Assembly (NCBI GenBank): GCA_965656495.1
Contig: CBFHKU010000002.1
Location: forward strand, 1-64,000
Reading direction: 5' to 3'
From: Coraliomargaritaceae bacterium
GTDB lineage: Bacteria > Verrucomicrobiota > Verrucomicrobiia > Opitutales > Coraliomargaritaceae
Length of the DNA: 64,000 nt
Shown piece by piece: positions 38,188 through 47,580 of this stretch; the first letter of the stretch is position 1; the number at the start of each line of letters is the position of its first letter. A model generated the notes under the pieces. The model saw nothing but the letters and a program-made list of their open reading frames with translations, made no database searches and was not told where the DNA came from. A program made the position numbers and the translations under genes.

Positions 38188-39402
38188 ATGAGCGAAGATC
38201 CAAAACACCCCTATACCCTCATACCCAAGCGTCGCTTCGGGAAAACTGAGCTACAGATGCCCGTAATCACCTGCGGCGGTATGCGCTTTATCCAAAGCTG
38301 GAATGATACCCCCGCCGACCGAAAATCCGTCACGAAGGAATGTCAGGCCAACCTTGAAGCCACGATCCGTTACGGCCTCGAGCTCGGCATTAACCATATC
38401 GAAACCGCCCGTGGTTACGGCACTTCGGAATACCAAATGGGCAAACTGCTCCCCACCCTTCCCCGTGATGAGCTTATCATCCAAACCAAGATTTGCCCTA
38501 CCGAATCACCCGCCGAATTCCTCAAGGCCTTCGAGACTTCGCTTGAATCACTACAACTCGACTACGTTGACCTGCTGAGCGTTCACGGCATCAACAACGC
38601 CGCCACCCTTGAGCACGCCCTCAAATGCATGCCCGCAATTCAGCAGCTCAAAAAAGAGGGGCGCTGCCGCCACATCGGATTCTCCACCCATGCCCCGCCC
38701 GACATCGCCATCAAGGCGATCGAAACAGACCTCTTCGAATACGTTAATCTACATTGGTATTACGTTTATCACCCCATGAACCGTGCCCCGGTTGATGCCG
38801 CCGCCGCGCGCGACATGGGCGTTTTCATCATCAGTCCCTGCGATAAAGGCGGCAAATTATTCGAGCCCTCACCTAAACTCCTGGAGCTATGCCAGCCGCT
38901 CACCCCGATGGCATTCAATGACCTCTACTGCCTGCGCGACCCGGCCGTTCACACCCTCTCGATTGGGGCGGCACGCCCCTCCGATTTCGCCGAACACGTC
39001 ACCGCTGTCAAAAATCTTGAACTCCATCGACCCGCCATTGAAGCGATTGAGCAAAAACTCGATGGCGCAATGCATGCCGCCCTCGGCGCGGACTGGATGC
39101 AAAACTGGCAGCAAGGGCTCCCGCGTCAGGTCGATACCCCCGGCGGAATGAACATCCCTGAAATCCTGCGCCTTTGGAATTTCGCCAAAGGATTGGACAT
39201 GATCGAATTCGCCAAGATGCGATATAATTTACTCGGACAGGCGGAGCATTGGTTTCCGGGGATCAACGCCGCCGAGGTAAAGGAGGAAGTACTCGCACCG
39301 CTTCTCGTCGAAAGCCCCTTTGCCGACCGCATCCCCGGAATCCTGCGCGAGGCGCACGAGCTCCTCTTCGAAGCGCCCAAAGAACGACAAAGCAAGGCCT
39401 AG
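38188..39402 (+). CDS. Aldo/keto reductase
   Basis: RRFGKTEL, GINHIETARGYG, IIQTK, LLSVHG, HIGFSTH. Confidence 0.9.
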   Translation: MSEDPKHPYTLIPKRRFGKTELQMPVITCGGMRFIQSWNDTPADRKSVTKECQANLEATIRYGLELGINHIETARGYGTSEYQMGKLLPTLPRDELIIQTKICPTESPAEFLKAFETSLESLQLDYVDLLSVHGINNAATLEHALKCMPAIQQLKKEGRCRHIGFSTHAPPDIAIKAIETDLFEYVNLHWYYVYHPMNRAPVDAAAARDMGVFIISPCDKGGKLFEPSPKLLELCQPLTPMAFNDLYCLRDPAVHTLSIGAARPSDFAEHVTAVKNLELHRPAIEAIEQKLDGAMHAALGADWMQNWQQGLPRQVDTPGGMNIPEILRLWNFAKGLDMIEFAKMRYNLLGQAEHWFPGINAAEVKEEVLAPLLVESPFADRIPGILREAHELLFEAPKERQSKA

Positions 39403-39404
39403 CC

Positions 39405-40604
39405 TTAAGCGCGTTGCAGCACGATTTGACTTACATCAATGGAGCCTGCCTCAAATCCCGCCTCGCAATAACTCAGGTAATAATTCCATTTACGGCGGAA
39501 GGCGGCATCAAAACCCAACGCCTCCAATTCCGTTTCCCGTTCATTAAAGGCATCGCGCCAACGGCGCAGGGTCTCTGCATAATCCAAGCCAAAGGATTCC
39601 TGAATCTCCAGTTCCATCCCGCCCAGATCCGCAACAATGCCACGCAGCGCAGCCTTCGACGGCAAATGCCCGCCGGGAAAAATATAACGCTGGATCCAGT
39701 CACAACTCCGGCAGTAGCCCGCGTAGCGATCATCGGAAATCGTGATGGCCTGCACCACCGCCCGACCGCCCGGCTTCAGGCAGTCGCGAATCGTTTCGAA
39801 ATAAGTCGGCAAATACTCGCGCCCCACCGCTTCAATCATTTCACAGGAAACCACCGCATCGTATTGACCTCTTTCTTCACGGTAATCCTGCAGCTTTAGA
39901 TCCACCTGCTCCTTAAAACCAGCATCCTCAATCAAATCCCTCGCATAGGCTAATTGTTCCTTCGAAAGCGTCAGACTGGTCACCTCGCACCCGGCGCGCG
40001 CCGCCCGCAGGGCTAAAGCACCCCAACCCGTCCCAATTTCCAACAGATGCCCACCCGCCGAACAAGCCGCCCGCTGCAACATCGCCGCGATCTTATTTTC
40101 CTGACCCGCCTCGAGGCTGCCTTCCTTGCGCGACCCAAAGAGCGCTGAAGAATAAGTCATGGTCGGATCGAGAAAGAGAGCGTAAAAATCATTACTGAGG
40201 TCGTAGTGCGCCTCGATGTTCGACTTGCTCTGCTCAAGGGTATTGGAACGCCGCACATGATAAAGGCGATTCAGCCAATGCCCCACCACCGAAAGCCCTT
40301 TGCCAATACGACCCACGGTGTGCTGATTGCGTGCCAGCAAGGTCAAGGTCGCACTCAAATCGGGGGTCGTCCATGCACCGTCAACGTAACCCTCTCCCAG
40401 TGCCATACTGCCGCCCAATACAAGCCGTCGCGGCATCCCGGCATCCACGATTTTCATTCTCACTTCCGGCCCCTCGCCATCACCCAAACATTCCACCCGC
40501 TCACCGGGAAGTTCCAAGCGGAGCCTTCCACCGCGCAAACGTCCCAAATAGCGCACCATGATACGTTCAAACAAAGACAGGTGATTGGATTGGCTACTGC
40601 TCAT
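39405..40604 (-). CDS. cfa: Cyclopropane-fatty-acyl-phospholipid synthase family SAM methyltransferase
   Basis: HYDLSNDFY, MTYSSA, LEIGTGWG, YIFPGG, YYLSYCEAGF; start at MSSSQS. Confidence 0.9.
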   Translation of the reverse strand: MSSSQSNHLSLFERIMVRYLGRLRGGRLRLELPGERVECLGDGEGPEVRMKIVDAGMPRRLVLGGSMALGEGYVDGAWTTPDLSATLTLLARNQHTVGRIGKGLSVVGHWLNRLYHVRRSNTLEQSKSNIEAHYDLSNDFYALFLDPTMTYSSALFGSRKEGSLEAGQENKIAAMLQRAACSAGGHLLEIGTGWGALALRAARAGCEVTSLTLSKEQLAYARDLIEDAGFKEQVDLKLQDYREERGQYDAVVSCEMIEAVGREYLPTYFETIRDCLKPGGRAVVQAITISDDRYAGYCRSCDWIQRYIFPGGHLPSKAALRGIVADLGGMELEIQESFGLDYAETLRRWRDAFNERETELEALGFDAAFRRKWNYYLSYCEAGFEAGSIDVSQIVLQRA

Positions 40605-41392
40605 AAATCGTCGGGCTTGTTTGCTTTTGGCTTCCAGGGAAAAAACGGACTCGTGCACTTTTGGTAGTTCGCGTATGCCGCGCCGCGCCGCTTGAGAGAG
40701 GAATACTCCGCAGGCGGAATGCCGGTAATGTATCGGAGGAATATATACATAATAGTGGGACCCAGCAGGCTCCATCCAAAGGCCGCAGTACCAACTGAGA
40801 GTAAAACATAAACCCACCAATGGAGCCATTCAAAAAAATAATTGGGATGGCGCGAATAAGCCCAAAGCCCCTCCCGGCAAACTCCGTTGGCATTGTCCGG
40901 ATTCGCCCGAAAGGCAGCCAACTGGCGATCCGCAAGAGTCTCCCCTCCCAATGCCACCAGTGCCAAAACCAGCGCAAGGGCATCCGCGATTCCTAAAGGT
41001 GAATGATTTGTGAGTGCCACGCCCAGCGGAATCAGAAAAATCCCCGCCAGCGGGACTTGCATAAAAAATAAAAAGAGGAAATTACGTGAGGCCCGCCCGC
41101 CCCAACGCTCCTTGAGGTTGGCATAGCGCGGATCCTCATGACGCGGAAGAATGCGATCCTTGAAAAGGTGCACGCTCAGACGAATCGCCCAAAAACTGAC
41201 CGCCGCCAAAACAAAAACAGCGCGCGGGTGGTCGATCCCCTCAGCGAGCGCCAGCGTCCAGATTCCAAATAAAATCCCCAGCGACCACACCAAATCCACC
41301 ACCGCATAAACCTTCAGGTAGCGCGCGCTAAGGTAGGCAACCAGAGCGATCCCTAACCCGGCGAGGAACAAGCCCCCATACAATGTATCCAT
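40601..41392 (-). CDS. DUF1295 (steroid 5-alpha-reductase-like) membrane protein
   Basis: EDPRY, ADRQL, GLWAYSRHPNYFFEW, TSPFFP. Confidence 0.9.
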   Translation of the reverse strand: MDTLYGGLFLAGLGIALVAYLSARYLKVYAVVDLVWSLGILFGIWTLALAEGIDHPRAVFVLAAVSFWAIRLSVHLFKDRILPRHEDPRYANLKERWGGRASRNFLFLFFMQVPLAGIFLIPLGVALTNHSPLGIADALALVLALVALGGETLADRQLAAFRANPDNANGVCREGLWAYSRHPNYFFEWLHWWVYVLLSVGTAAFGWSLLGPTIMYIFLRYITGIPPAEYSSLKRRGAAYANYQKCTSPFFPWKPKANKPDDL

Positions 41393-41406
41393 CGTATCAG
41401 CTTCCG

Positions 41407-42294
41407 CTAACTGCGGGCCTCCTCGTAGATCTTTTTCGGATACAGTTTCAAGTCCCAAACCAATCCGAAAAATTGCAACACCCGCAGCAAATAATACGTT
41501 AGATCAATTTCCCACCAATACATACCCTGTCGCGCTGAGAGCGGCCAGCGATGATGATTGTTGTGCCAGCCTTCCCCGAAGGTCAGCAGTGCCACCCACC
41601 AGTTGTTGCGGCTTTCATCATCGGTATTAAAACGTTTTTTTCCAATGATGTGCGTTACGGAATTCACGCAAAAAGTGACGTGATACACCAGCATGGTGCT
41701 CAGAAAAAAGCCCCACATCACGAGTTGCAAACCACTCGTTCCCAGCGCCGGGAAGAGATGATTCAGGAGCGCTCCAACCCCGTAGAGCAAGGCGATCAAG
41801 GACAGCACCGGCAGGACGTGGTAACGATCCACAAAATGGAGTTCTGGATATTTCGTTAGATCCTTGATGCGGTCGTATTTCGTCTCACTGTGCGCCTTGC
41901 ACATGACCCAACCGATGTGAGACCAAAAGAAGTCACGGGTTACCGGCGAGTGAATATCGGGTTCCTTATCGGAGTGCTGATGGTGATGGCGGTGATTGGC
42001 GGCCCACCACATGGGTCCCAGTTGCGCCGAGGAAGTGCCGACCCAGGCGAGAACAAATTGAAACCAACGACTCGTTTTAAAGGAACGATGCGAAAAATAA
42101 CGGTGAAACCCTGCGGTCAGAGCAAAAACCCGCACAAAATAGGTGATCAGCAATGCCACCACCGCAACCCAACTGAAGCCGGTAAAAAACACCCCGATGC
42201 ATGCAAGATGCATGAACAACATGGGCGTCTTCGTTAAAAGGAGTTGGTTATCCTCGTCAGTAAAGCATCGTTTTATCGCATTGAGTAGAGTCAT
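41407..42294 (-). CDS. Acyl-CoA (delta-9-type) fatty acid desaturase
   Basis: His boxes HRYFSH, HRHHH, EGWHNNHH. Confidence 0.93.
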   Translation of the reverse strand: MTLLNAIKRCFTDEDNQLLLTKTPMLFMHLACIGVFFTGFSWVAVVALLITYFVRVFALTAGFHRYFSHRSFKTSRWFQFVLAWVGTSSAQLGPMWWAANHRHHHQHSDKEPDIHSPVTRDFFWSHIGWVMCKAHSETKYDRIKDLTKYPELHFVDRYHVLPVLSLIALLYGVGALLNHLFPALGTSGLQLVMWGFFLSTMLVYHVTFCVNSVTHIIGKKRFNTDDESRNNWWVALLTFGEGWHNNHHRWPLSARQGMYWWEIDLTYYLLRVLQFFGLVWDLKLYPKKIYEEARS

Positions 42295-42376
42295 AGGTTA
42301 ATAATAAAACTAAATAATACCGCTCTGCTTACAATGAAATTCAGTAAGCATGTCCCAAAAGATTCGTTTCATACAC

Positions 42377-42841
42377 ATGTCAAAAATTCATCGCATCCAG
42401 AAAGAACAAATAATCGCGACCGATCTTGAGACCGCGTGGAATTTCATTCGCAAACCCAGCAACCTCAACGAGATCACACCCGACACCCTCGATTTCACCA
42501 TCATGAGCGAGGTGCCGGATGCGATGTATGACGGTCTCCTTATCGAATACCGTATCGGAATGCCGCTCATTGGACGCCGCCCCTGGCTTACTGAAATCAA
42601 GCACGTCCGCGACCGCCATTCATTCGTGGATGAACAACGCATCGGCCCCTACAAAATGTGGCTGCATTATCACGAAATCGCGGAAGTTGAGGGCGGGGTG
42701 CGCTTTCGTGACGAAGTTCACTACAGCATGTATGCCGGACCCATCGGCGACCTCGTGCACCAGCTCTATGTTCGCGGTCAGGTTGAAGCCATATTCAACT
42801 ACCGTGAAACTGCCTTGCCCGCCGCGCTCCTGCGCACATAG
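42377..42841 (+). CDS. SRPBCC ligand-binding domain protein
   Basis: PSNLNEITP, WLTEI, FVDEQRIGPYKMWLHYH, IFNYR; alternative start 42350. Confidence 0.88.
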   Translation: MSKIHRIQKEQIIATDLETAWNFIRKPSNLNEITPDTLDFTIMSEVPDAMYDGLLIEYRIGMPLIGRRPWLTEIKHVRDRHSFVDEQRIGPYKMWLHYHEIAEVEGGVRFRDEVHYSMYAGPIGDLVHQLYVRGQVEAIFNYRETALPAALLRT

Positions 42842-42898
42842 GCTTCACCCCGCAAGCAGCTTTACTGCCACTGCGAGCCATCCCTGAACCTTCGCGTT

Positions 42899-44242
42899 GT
42901 GAATAGCCTCGAACCCAGTCAACGCGCCTCCCAAAACCTTCGCTGCTTCACCGCCTTTCGCGCCTTTTTCTCCGCTCGGTTTTACTACCCCGTTTACGCC
43001 CTCCTCTTCCTCGACTTCGGACTCTCCCTCGAGCAATTCGGAATCCTGAATGCCATCTGGGCGCTCACCATCGTCCTTGCTGAAGTCCCTTCCGGTGCCT
43101 TGGCCGACACCATTGGGCGGCGCAAACTCCTCATCACTGCAGGCATCTGCATGGCCGCCGAAATGGGCGTCCTCCTCATTGCCACACCCGGCGGCGGAAA
43201 TCTCGTCTTCTACCTCTTCCTTCTAAACCGTATCATCAGCGGCCTTGCGGAAGCTGCCGCCAGCGGAGCGGATGAAGCCCTCGTCTATGATTCCCTGAAG
43301 GCTGCCGGTCGCGAACTCGAATGGGCGCGCATTCTCGAACAGGTGCAGCGCATGACCTCCATCGCCTTCTTCTTTGCCATGACCCTCGGCGCGGTCGTTT
43401 ACGATCCCAGCTTCGTCAATGCCATCCTCAACGCCATTGGCATCGACGCACAGCTCGCCCAATCACAACTCGTTAAAGCTCCGATTTTCCTGACCTTTCT
43501 CTCCAGCCTCGTCGTCCTCTTCAGTGCATGGCGCATGCATGAGACCTCACAGGCACACAAAGACCTCCGTAAAACTTTGAGCAAAAGCGGAAGTCAAATC
43601 CTCGCGGCGGGCCGCTGGATCACCATCACCCCCCTCGCCTTCGGAGTCGTCCTTTGTATCATGGCGCTCGACAGCGTCATCCGACAATACCTCACCCTCG
43701 CCAGTGAATATTGGAAAACGATTGAATTACCCATCGCCAGTTTTGGACTCATCGGCTCCGGTACCGCAATCCTCGGGATCTTCACCCCCCGCATCGCCCG
43801 CATCCTCTCCGACCGCTACACCCCCGCTCAAAACCTAGGGATCACCAGCGCCCTTGTGCTCGTCGGACTTTCCGGGCTCGCGCTCGTCATTCCAATTTGG
43901 GGCATCGCCCCGGCGGTCCTCCTGCACATTGCCCTGCAGTTCATGTATTACCACGGCAGTCGATATCTCAATGAAATCGCCCCCTCCGAGCAACGCGCCA
44001 CCGTCCTTAGCTTCAAGGGCCTCAGCGTAAATTTAGCCTACGGCGCCACCGCCCTCCTCTATTCCGGACTCATCGCCCTTATAAAAACAAAACAGGGCAA
44101 CGAGGCGACCGCCGTCAACTCCGCCACCGAGGCCACCGTCTTCACCGAATCCCTCATTTGGTTGCCCCTCTATTTTGTCTGCACCCTCGCCCTCGCCATT
44201 ACCCTGCACCGGTTGCGATTTCGCAATAAAAAGCTATTATAA
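42899..44242 (+). CDS. MFS transporter
   Basis: EVPSGALADTIGRRK, ASGADEALVYDSL, EQRATVLS; many TM helices. Confidence 0.9.
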   Translation: MNSLEPSQRASQNLRCFTAFRAFFSARFYYPVYALLFLDFGLSLEQFGILNAIWALTIVLAEVPSGALADTIGRRKLLITAGICMAAEMGVLLIATPGGGNLVFYLFLLNRIISGLAEAAASGADEALVYDSLKAAGRELEWARILEQVQRMTSIAFFFAMTLGAVVYDPSFVNAILNAIGIDAQLAQSQLVKAPIFLTFLSSLVVLFSAWRMHETSQAHKDLRKTLSKSGSQILAAGRWITITPLAFGVVLCIMALDSVIRQYLTLASEYWKTIELPIASFGLIGSGTAILGIFTPRIARILSDRYTPAQNLGITSALVLVGLSGLALVIPIWGIAPAVLLHIALQFMYYHGSRYLNEIAPSEQRATVLSFKGLSVNLAYGATALLYSGLIALIKTKQGNEATAVNSATEATVFTESLIWLPLYFVCTLALAITLHRLRFRNKKLL

Positions 44243-44260
44243 CTTAACTCATCTTTTCTC

Positions 44261-45796
44261 ATGAAACTCGCCTTCATCCTCGGCGACCAGCTCAGCCACG
44301 CCCTTCCGAGCCTCGCCGCCCTCGACCCCGCCACCGATCACATCTGGATGGCGGAGGTAAAAGCGGAGGCCACCGCCGTACGGCACCATAAAAAGAAAAT
44401 CGCCTTTATCTTCTCCGCGATGCGCCACTTTGCCGCCGAACTCGAGCAACGCGGCTTCACCGTTCACTACACCCGCATTGACGACCCCCACAATACCGGT
44501 TCCTTCCGCGCCGAGGCGGAGCGCGCCCTCCAAACCCTCAAGCCCCATACCCTTTACCTCACCGCCCCCAGCGAATACCGCGTCCTCAAAGAAGTCGAAT
44601 CCTGGAACGAAGCCTTTGGTACCCCCACCGAAATCCTCCCCGACGACCGATTCCTCAGCAGCCCCGAAGATTTCGCGCGCTGGGCCGAGGGCCGCAAACA
44701 ATTCCGCATGGAATTCTTCTACCGCGAGATGCGCCGCCGCTATGACATCCTCATGGACGGCGATGACCCCGAGGGCGGCAAATGGAACTACGATCACGAC
44801 AACCGCAAGACCCCGCCCAAAGGCACCGTCATTCCGGAGCCCGCCCGTTTCCCGCCCGACGCCGTCACCCGCCAAGCCCTCGAAGACGTCGCCCGCGAAT
44901 TCCCCGACCATTTCGGTGACCTCCAGCCCTTCCATTACGCCGTCACCCATCAAAACGCCCTCCAGATCCTCAACCATTTCATCGAAGAACGCCTCCCCCG
45001 CTTCGGCGACTATCAGGATGCCATGCTTCAGGACGAACCGTGGATGTATCACAGCCACATCGCCCATTACCTCAACTGCGGCCTCCTCCTGCCCCTGGAC
45101 TGCATCCGTGCCGCCGAAGCCGCCTACCAATCCGGCAACGCCCCCCTCAACGCCGTCGAGGGCTTCATCCGGCAAATCCTCGGCTGGCGCGAATACGTCC
45201 GCGGCATCTACTGGCTCAAAATGCCCGACTACGAAACTGCCAATTTCCTCGAAGCCGACCGCCCCCTCCCCCCGCTTTACTGGGGCGCCCCCACCCGCAT
45301 GAACTGCCTCGCGCAATGCGTCCGCGAAACCCGCGAAAACGCCTACGCCCACCACATCCAACGCCTCATGGTGCTCGGCAACTTCGCCCTCCTGGCCGGC
45401 CTTGACCCCCGCGAAGTCAACGATTGGTTCCACGTCGTCTATGCCGATGCCTATCAATGGGTCGAGCTGCCCAACGTCAGCGGCATGAGCCTCTTCGCCG
45501 ACGGCGGCCTCCTCGCCTCCAAACCCTACAGCTCCAGCGGTGCCTACATCAACAAAATGTCCAATTATTGCCGCGCCTGCCCCTACTCCGTCACCACCAA
45601 AGCCGGCCCCAAAGCCTGCCCCTTCAACTACCTCTATTGGAACTTCCTCCAGCGCAACCGCGAGCGACTCAAAGGCAACCAACGCCTAGCCATGACCTAC
45701 CGCACCCTCGATAAAATGACCCCCGAACGACAAGAGGAAATCCAAAACGACGCCACCCGTTTCCTCCGCGACCTCGACGCCGCCGAACCAGTCTAA
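44261..45796 (+). CDS. Cryptochrome/photolyase of the FeS-BCP (PhrB/CryB-like) class
   Basis: ILGDQL, HHKKK, RMEFFY, GGKWNYD, FGDYQDAM, HHIQRLM; Cys pattern MNC...YCRAC...ACPFN. Confidence 0.92.
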   Translation: MKLAFILGDQLSHALPSLAALDPATDHIWMAEVKAEATAVRHHKKKIAFIFSAMRHFAAELEQRGFTVHYTRIDDPHNTGSFRAEAERALQTLKPHTLYLTAPSEYRVLKEVESWNEAFGTPTEILPDDRFLSSPEDFARWAEGRKQFRMEFFYREMRRRYDILMDGDDPEGGKWNYDHDNRKTPPKGTVIPEPARFPPDAVTRQALEDVAREFPDHFGDLQPFHYAVTHQNALQILNHFIEERLPRFGDYQDAMLQDEPWMYHSHIAHYLNCGLLLPLDCIRAAEAAYQSGNAPLNAVEGFIRQILGWREYVRGIYWLKMPDYETANFLEADRPLPPLYWGAPTRMNCLAQCVRETRENAYAHHIQRLMVLGNFALLAGLDPREVNDWFHVVYADAYQWVELPNVSGMSLFADGGLLASKPYSSSGAYINKMSNYCRACPYSVTTKAGPKACPFNYLYWNFLQRNRERLKGNQRLAMTYRTLDKMTPERQEEIQNDATRFLRDLDAAEPV

Positions 45797-45860
45797 ACCC
45801 CCGCGCATGCAACCCGTCTTCATCGCCCGGCCCTCACAAGTGCCTGAATAGAAACGGGAC

Positions 45861-45899
45861 TTGATTAGTGAGAAATAAAGGGTATTTTTTCTCACTAAT
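45861..45899 (+). promoter_or_regulatory. Promoter with 12-bp inverted-repeat operator of the AbiE-like module
   Basis: ATTAGTGAGAAA (45864-45875), N12, TTTCTCACTAAT (45888-45899); TTGATT-N16-TATTTT overlaps it. Confidence 0.72.
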
Positions 45900-45916
45900 T
45901 GAACCAAGTAATAATC

Positions 45917-46531
45917 ATGCAAGCTATTGATAAAAAGATACTAAGCCGATTCAATGGAAGAGGTAAGGGTCATGTAGGCACACAGAAAGATTTTATTGAT
46001 TTCGGGAGCCGTACTCTAATCGACAATTCCCTCTCCCGCCTAGTCAAAAACGGCAAGCTCAAGCGCATTGCACGGGGACTCTACGAACGCCCACGCACAC
46101 ATCCAGTACTCGGCGAACTCAGCCCCGACTTGGAGAAAGTCGCAGCTGCCATGGCAGGTCGCCAAGGCATCCGCCTGCAACCGACCGGAGCCTACGCCGC
46201 CAACCTCCTACACCTCAGCGAGCAGGTGCCCATGAAAGTCGTCTTCCTTAGCGACGGCGTCAGCAAAACGGCAACGATTGGCAACCAATCCATTGAGCTC
46301 CGCAAAGCCAGCCCCAAGCGCATGCAACTCGCTGGAAAAATCAGCGGCCTCGTTTTCGAAGCCCTTCGCGAGATTGGTAAAGAACACCTTACTGGGCGGC
46401 ATATCAAAACCTTGCAGGACAAACTCACCCCTGAGCAAAAATACAAAGTGCTCAAAGACCTGCGAGAAGCACCCGCATGGATGCACCCCCATATCCGCGA
46501 GATTACAAAGGAGTCGAAGGAGAATGCATAA
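45917..46531 (+). CDS. DUF6088/AbiEi-like type IV TA antitoxin
   Basis: wHTH-like LSRLVKNGKLKRIARGLY; GAYAANLLHLSEQVP; VFLSDG; C-terminal APAWM. Confidence 0.82.
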   Translation: MQAIDKKILSRFNGRGKGHVGTQKDFIDFGSRTLIDNSLSRLVKNGKLKRIARGLYERPRTHPVLGELSPDLEKVAAAMAGRQGIRLQPTGAYAANLLHLSEQVPMKVVFLSDGVSKTATIGNQSIELRKASPKRMQLAGKISGLVFEALREIGKEHLTGRHIKTLQDKLTPEQKYKVLKDLREAPAWMHPHIREITKESKENA

Positions 46532-46659
46532 CTTCCTTGCACTCACAGATTCCGACCGCGCTGCTGCCATTCAGGAAACTGCTGCCCTTCGACGACATTC
46601 TGGCCTCTCTCCAAACCATCGAGCAACAGGCCAACCAGCAGCCTGCTTCTAACTCCTGA
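46524..46659 (+). pseudogene. Internally deleted AbiEii-like nucleotidyltransferase toxin
   Basis: ATG overlaps antitoxin end; MHNFLALTDSDRAAAIQETAALRR is joined out of frame to LPFDDILASLQTIEQQAN. Confidence 0.7.
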
Positions 46660-46682
46660 ATTCTAGCTTCCAACTGCTTTAC

Positions 46683-47237
46683 ATGACCTCTCAACAGTTT
46701 CAACCCGTCTACATCGCCCGGCTCCCGCCGAAGCTTCCCCGAATCGCCATCGACCTCGGCTACAGCGCCACCCAAGCCTCCTGCGGGATCGCCACCCCTG
46801 AGGGCGAGACCCATTCCCTGCACTTTGGCGACTGCATTCAATGGACCGCCGACACCCTCCGCAAAAACGGCCCCCATATCCTCATCCTCGAAGCAGTCCT
46901 ATCCACCTACCATCAAAGCGACGGCAACCCCCATATCCGCGGCGACTTCGAAAAAGGACGCGGCTGGTATCACGGCCCCGGCGTCAGCACCTACGCCGCC
47001 GCCCAACGTTTCCTCCTCCAGCTCGCACCCCGCCTCCCCGACTTCGGCCCCCTCCCCCTCGTCGAAGGCTTCCTCAGCTATAAACCCGCCAAAACCACGC
47101 ACGCCCACGACGCCCAGCGACTCCTACACGAATTCGACACCGCCGAACAATTCAACCCCTGCCCCGGTTCCGAACCCATCCTGCCCCTCATAAACGGCAT
47201 ACCCGAAATCCGCCGCTATAATAAACCGAAGCGCTAA
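46683..47237 (+). CDS. Hypothetical protein, probable RNase H-fold (DUF429-like) nuclease
   Basis: IAIDLGYS, LILEAVLS, LVEGF, HAHDA acidic motifs in DUF429-like order (visual match only). Confidence 0.5.
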   Translation: MTSQQFQPVYIARLPPKLPRIAIDLGYSATQASCGIATPEGETHSLHFGDCIQWTADTLRKNGPHILILEAVLSTYHQSDGNPHIRGDFEKGRGWYHGPGVSTYAAAQRFLLQLAPRLPDFGPLPLVEGFLSYKPAKTTHAHDAQRLLHEFDTAEQFNPCPGSEPILPLINGIPEIRRYNKPKR

Positions 47238-47246
47238 TGCTCCGTG

Positions 47247-47321
<75 letters not shown>

Positions 47322-47580
47322 ATTCAACTGCAGTATGTTCTTGAGACAGCCCTACAGGTCAACTGGAAATATCCTGTCGAATTGTTGTTCACAGTTAGAT
47401 TGTTATACTGAAAAAGCTCAGTAAGTTTATATTCTTAAAGTTATGGTAAGCATGAGAGGGATTACTAAGTCCAATAACTTGAAATCATAAAATTACATTT
47501 TTATATATAGATTCATTCTAATTCCATTAAATAAACATATTTTAATATAAGTATTGACCCACAACTTTCAATTACTCCCA

